Assembly: GCF_009914755.1 (NCBI RefSeq)
Contig: NC_060925.1
DNA from: the human T2T-CHM13v2.0 reference genome, Homo sapiens
DNA length: 64,000 nucleotides
Reading direction: 5' to 3' (one strand)
Positions 58,463 to 64,000 of this stretch are shown here, piece after piece (positions within the stretch are counted from its first letter, which is position 1; the number at the start of each line of letters is the position of its first letter). The notes beneath the pieces are model-generated. The model searched no databases. It was not told the DNA's origin and worked only from the letters and a program-made list of their open reading frames with translations. A program made the translations under genes and the position numbers.

Positions 58463-59324
58463 CTATCTGCCTATGTGTTCTTTCCCTAACTTATTTTTTC
58501 CCCCTAAGAGCTGATATCAGTAGATTTCCATATTTGGCCTTCTCATTTTCTTCCTGTTATATATGCCTATTAGTGATTACTTCCAAGCATATAATTTCAG
58601 ACCAAACTGCTCTCAGTACTAAATTATGTTTCCAAGGGATTCTTAGACATTCCCACTTCATGCTATATAAATAGTTCAATTTCAGCATTTCAAAGAAGAC
58701 TTTTTTTCTGGGACTGCTTTTCTATGTTCTATAATATCTATATATGGCATCAGTTCATCCAAACTAAAACTATGTGAATCAAAAACTCAGTTAATCGTGA
58801 TTGGTCTCCCTCACCCACTTTCTAATGTAAATGTCAAAAATACTATCACATCCTTTCAATTTCACCTCCTAAGATCTCTCAAATCCTTGGGACCTTGTCA
58901 GCATCTTGATTACTTCACTCAGGATCTCATCTTTTCTCATCTCTCTGATTAGAATAATTCCCTGCGTGGTCCCATGTCATTAGTCTTTCCCCTTCTAATC
59001 CATCTTGCACAGTGCACAGGAGAGCTCTTTCTCATCCTCAAATCAGCTTATGTCATTCTCTTGCTTAATATTCTTTAATGCCTGCATAAGTTCACCTTCC
59101 TTAGCATGGCATGCAGGCCCTTTACAGTCAGATAGTAGTGACAGTGAGAAATCTCAGTCTTAAAAATAAGGTATTCTAGATAATGTTTTCTATAGGTTTT
59201 TGGTACATATCCTTTGGTAATATCAAGTTTTCTGAGTTTTTTAATGTCATAAATAGGTGCTGACCTTTATCAGAATATTTCTACAACTATTGAGATAATC
59301 ATGATTTCTCCTTAAGTTCTTTAG

Positions 59325-59870
<546 letters not shown>

Positions 59871-60408
59871 TAAAATTATGATATTGTGTACCTCAATTTC
59901 AACATATTATATAATAACATCTTGCATTTATTTCTTTTCTTGCTGGATTACTTCCTTCTAGGGCATTTTGAAAGATAGTATTCTTGTGGTAAAAACTTTT
60001 GAGAACTTATATAGTTGAGAATATTTTTATTTCTTTGTGATACTAAATAACTTAGATGAATCTAAAAATCTAGGCTCAGAGTTCTTTTCTTACAATACTT
60101 TGAAAATATTAATTCATTGTCTTCTTGAATCTAATGTTGATGCTTTGAGAAAGAAGATTATAGTAATTTGTTTCTTGTTCCTTTAGAGATATGTTCTTTT
60201 TAAATGGAAGTTTTTAGAAGGTTTTTTGTTGTTCTTATTGGCTTTGATGTTCTTAAATGTCACACAAATGTGACTAGGTGTGTTTTTTCTTTAGAAATCA
60301 TATTTGGAAGACTGTGAACCCTTTCATTCTATGCTCTTCAATTGTTCTTTAATAATGGGAAATTTCTCAGCCATTATTTCTTCAAAGATCTTATTTTCTT
60401 CTCCTTCA

Positions 60409-60843
<435 letters not shown>

Positions 60844-62208
60844 TCACATATATTCTACTATTTAACCTATCTGTTAAAGCACAGGGTAAATGTTAATAAT
60901 AATGCTTCACGAATTCCTTCAGTTTCTTTATCTATAGAATGGAGATAATACTAAGCTTATAGAATTGGTTTTTTGAGGATTAAATGATCTGATTCATGTA
61001 AAGTGTTTAGAACAATGCCAAGTCTATAGTAAGTGAGGGCTGCTATTATTTTTCCTCAATACTTATGTTTTTCATAATCTAGCATTTCTCATTGGTTATT
61101 CTTTAAAAACTGCTTGTCCTTCATGTTATGAGTAAAAATCCATTTTATTTTTGTAATGTCTATTACATTTATTTGACATTCTTATTATTTCCTATTCATA
61201 ATTCTGCTTTCTGTCTTATAGGTGGTTCAGTTTGTTGCTTTTATTTTTTAGTGACTGCATTCTCCAAATGTCTAGCTATTTTTCTTTTGAATGTATGAAT
61301 ATACATTTCCTGTGGGGGCTATCACCTTTCTGTATGTCACTGTTTAGAGGTTGTGGGGAAGGGGATGGGCAGAGGGAAGCTAAAGCCTGGTCTTAGCTAG
61401 GGTTTAGGGAAGGGCAGGCAAGGACCTCAGGGCAGAGAAGTTCTGCCTTCACCATCTAGGCTTGAGCCCAGCCCTTTTCCCACCCCAGCCAGGCAGCCCT
61501 GCACCTTAGAGAGCCTCTCTTCATTTCCACCCCTGCTCTTTTCCAAGTTCTGCCTTCCTCTGCTGTAACTCTTCTATCCTGCAGAGTGGGTGTGGGAGGA
61601 CCTGAGAAGGTCGGGGAGGTGGGAAGGTTTTCAGTGACCAGCTGGTCTGCCCGCCTAGTGTTATCTTGTCCCCATTGTCTCTGCACTTGTGTGCCATCCT
61701 GCTGTTCGTTGGTCCTATGGCTGTCACTGGGGTGATGCTGCTGTTTTCCCACCTCACTGTCCTGGCCAAGAAAGCCATGCTCTCTGAAGGCAAAGTAGTT
61801 ACACAACTCAAAAGTCCTTCCCTGAATTATCCTGTGTGTGGACCCATGCACTCTCATGCTCTCTGCTGATGTTTACCTTCACATCTTCTATCTCCCCAGG
61901 GGTTTCTCACAGGCTTTATGTCAGTTTCTTGGATGCATCACCTTCTCCCTCTCAATTTCGCAGTATGTGGGTTGGGAGAAGGTTCCAGTTGTCCTTGTCC
62001 GTTCTCCATTTTCTCATAGCTGAAAGTTTTTAATTTATCTTTTATGTAATTATATATATTCATATCACCATCCATCAAGCTGGTTTTTAAAACTGAAAAT
62101 TATTTCATATTTTTAGGAAGCTACTCGATTGCATGTATGTAAGGCCAGCTCATTTTAATCTCATATTAAGTTAATCAAGTAAAGACCTTTATAAAAAAGA
62201 AGATTTTG

Positions 62209-62820
<612 letters not shown>

Positions 62821-62891
62821 AAAGAAGATTTTGAATTGTAAGGCAACCCACATTGTTAAACTTCATTTTATTTTATTTTTATTTGAAGTTT

Positions 62892-63024
62892 TTATTTGTA
62901 AAAATATAGAAACAGGGTTTCAATATGTCACCCAGGCTGATCTTGACCTCCTGAGCTCAAGTGATCCTCCTGCCTCAGCCTCCCAAAGTGTCACGATTAC
63001 AGGTGTGAGGCACTTTGCCTGGCC
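62892..63024 (-). mobile_element. FLAM-like Alu monomer
   Basis: tagaaacagggtttc...ctcaagtgatcctcctgcctcagcctcccaaagtg...ggcc. Confidence 0.85.
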
Positions 63025-63403
63025 AATTAAACTTTAAATCAACATTATAAGAAGGCTCTTCTGTAGTATCAAAGTATCCATATTGTGTCAACAAGTTATT
63101 AATAACTTCAGATTCCCTTGTCATCCTTCTATTTGTATGATATGATGAGACTCATTGTGCTAAATTGTCAGTCCTCTTAAAGCCAGTTGGTATTTACCTG
63201 AGACGTTCTATGAGGATTTTATGCCGTATGTATAATTGAGAACTGCAGTAGAGAGTATAAAATAGATATATAATATAAATCAAATTATGTTTATCATAAA
63301 ATAGATCTTGTCAGATGAATGAGGATTTCTAGAAGAAAGCCTTTGAAATTATGTCTTTGTACTTATGCTGTTCTAATGTTTCTTATTTCTATATTCATTG
63401 CAG

Positions 63404-63530
63404 ATGCACAGTAATCAAAAGGGCTTACTTCCAGAGCCAAATCCAGTACAAATTATGAAAAGTTTAAACAACCCTGCCATGTTGCAAGTTCTTCTACAGC
63501 CCCAGTTATGTGGACGAGCTGTTAAACCAG
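63404..63530 (+). CDS. RAVER2: RAVER2 coding exon 5 (absent from the ORF track); gene continues beyond window
   Basis: Acceptor atattcattgcag|A, donor CAG|GTATGG; 127 nt; MHSNQKGLLPEPNPVQIMKSLNNPAMLQVLLQPQLCGRAVKP, in frame with exon 4. Confidence 0.93.
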
Positions 63531-64000
63531 GTATGGACCATGTATGTATACTGATTAATTAAAGAATGCTAGCATGAAGTTAATTTTTTCACATGTGAAA
63601 TATGGAAAAATACATTGATTTGTGAAAAATATATTTAAATTAGTATAAAATATTTAATTTTTCTAGGACCTGTTAATGAATTTTAACAATAATCTGAGGT
63701 GATATATTTTGACTATTTTTGACATATACAACCTGCTTATGTGGTATTTTTTACTATTAATAAATGCTAAATATCAAACCTTCTGTTTAGCTCTTAGTTG
63801 ACATGAATTTATAGACCAAGGTAAAGGTTAACACACTACATTGTTATAACCTATATTAACAAAGAATTAATACTCTTCTATGTAATATTTTTAGCAGAAT
63901 TATTTTGTTGAAAAGTGCCAAGTGTTTGTTTCCTCTTTGTTCTTCCCCTTTTTGTTGTAAAATTGTTTCACTTTGTAGCAAATGATGAAAACATTATTAT

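Noticed and set aside
63419-63440. GLLPEP as a PTB-interacting motif
   Set aside because: The Raver PRI consensus is [S/G][I/L]LGxxP; the required Gly is absent.

Overview
Primate (very likely human) genomic DNA containing the 5' half of RAVER2 on the + strand. It has a CpG-island promoter (~18.55-19.9 kb) and five coding exons (19182-19430, 42670-42736, 51642-52111, 55397-55588, 63404-63530). These splice through GT-AG junctions into one open frame of 1105 nt encoding a Gly/Ala-rich N-terminus, three RRMs and the start of the downstream region; the gene continues beyond the window. The rest is dense in interspersed repeats: about 30 Alu elements or fragments, three younger L1PA copies (one with a 5' inversion), old L1M/MIR remnants, MaLR and MLT2 LTRs, Tigger3, MADE1, a MARNA-like mariner fossil, and a two-LTR ERVL-class provirus fossil at ~3.3-8.9 kb with nested LTRs. 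I found no convincing new protein-coding gene or multi-gene system. The best leads are RNA-level or mutational: a candidate cryptic terminal exon in intron 3, a (GGGGCY)4 G-quadruplex in exon 1, three in-frame acceptors at exon 4, a MADE1 hairpin with compensatory changes, shared derived variants between two intronic L1s, and a target site present three times around tandem AluYs. Repeat subfamily names are from recalled consensus features, not from a database search.
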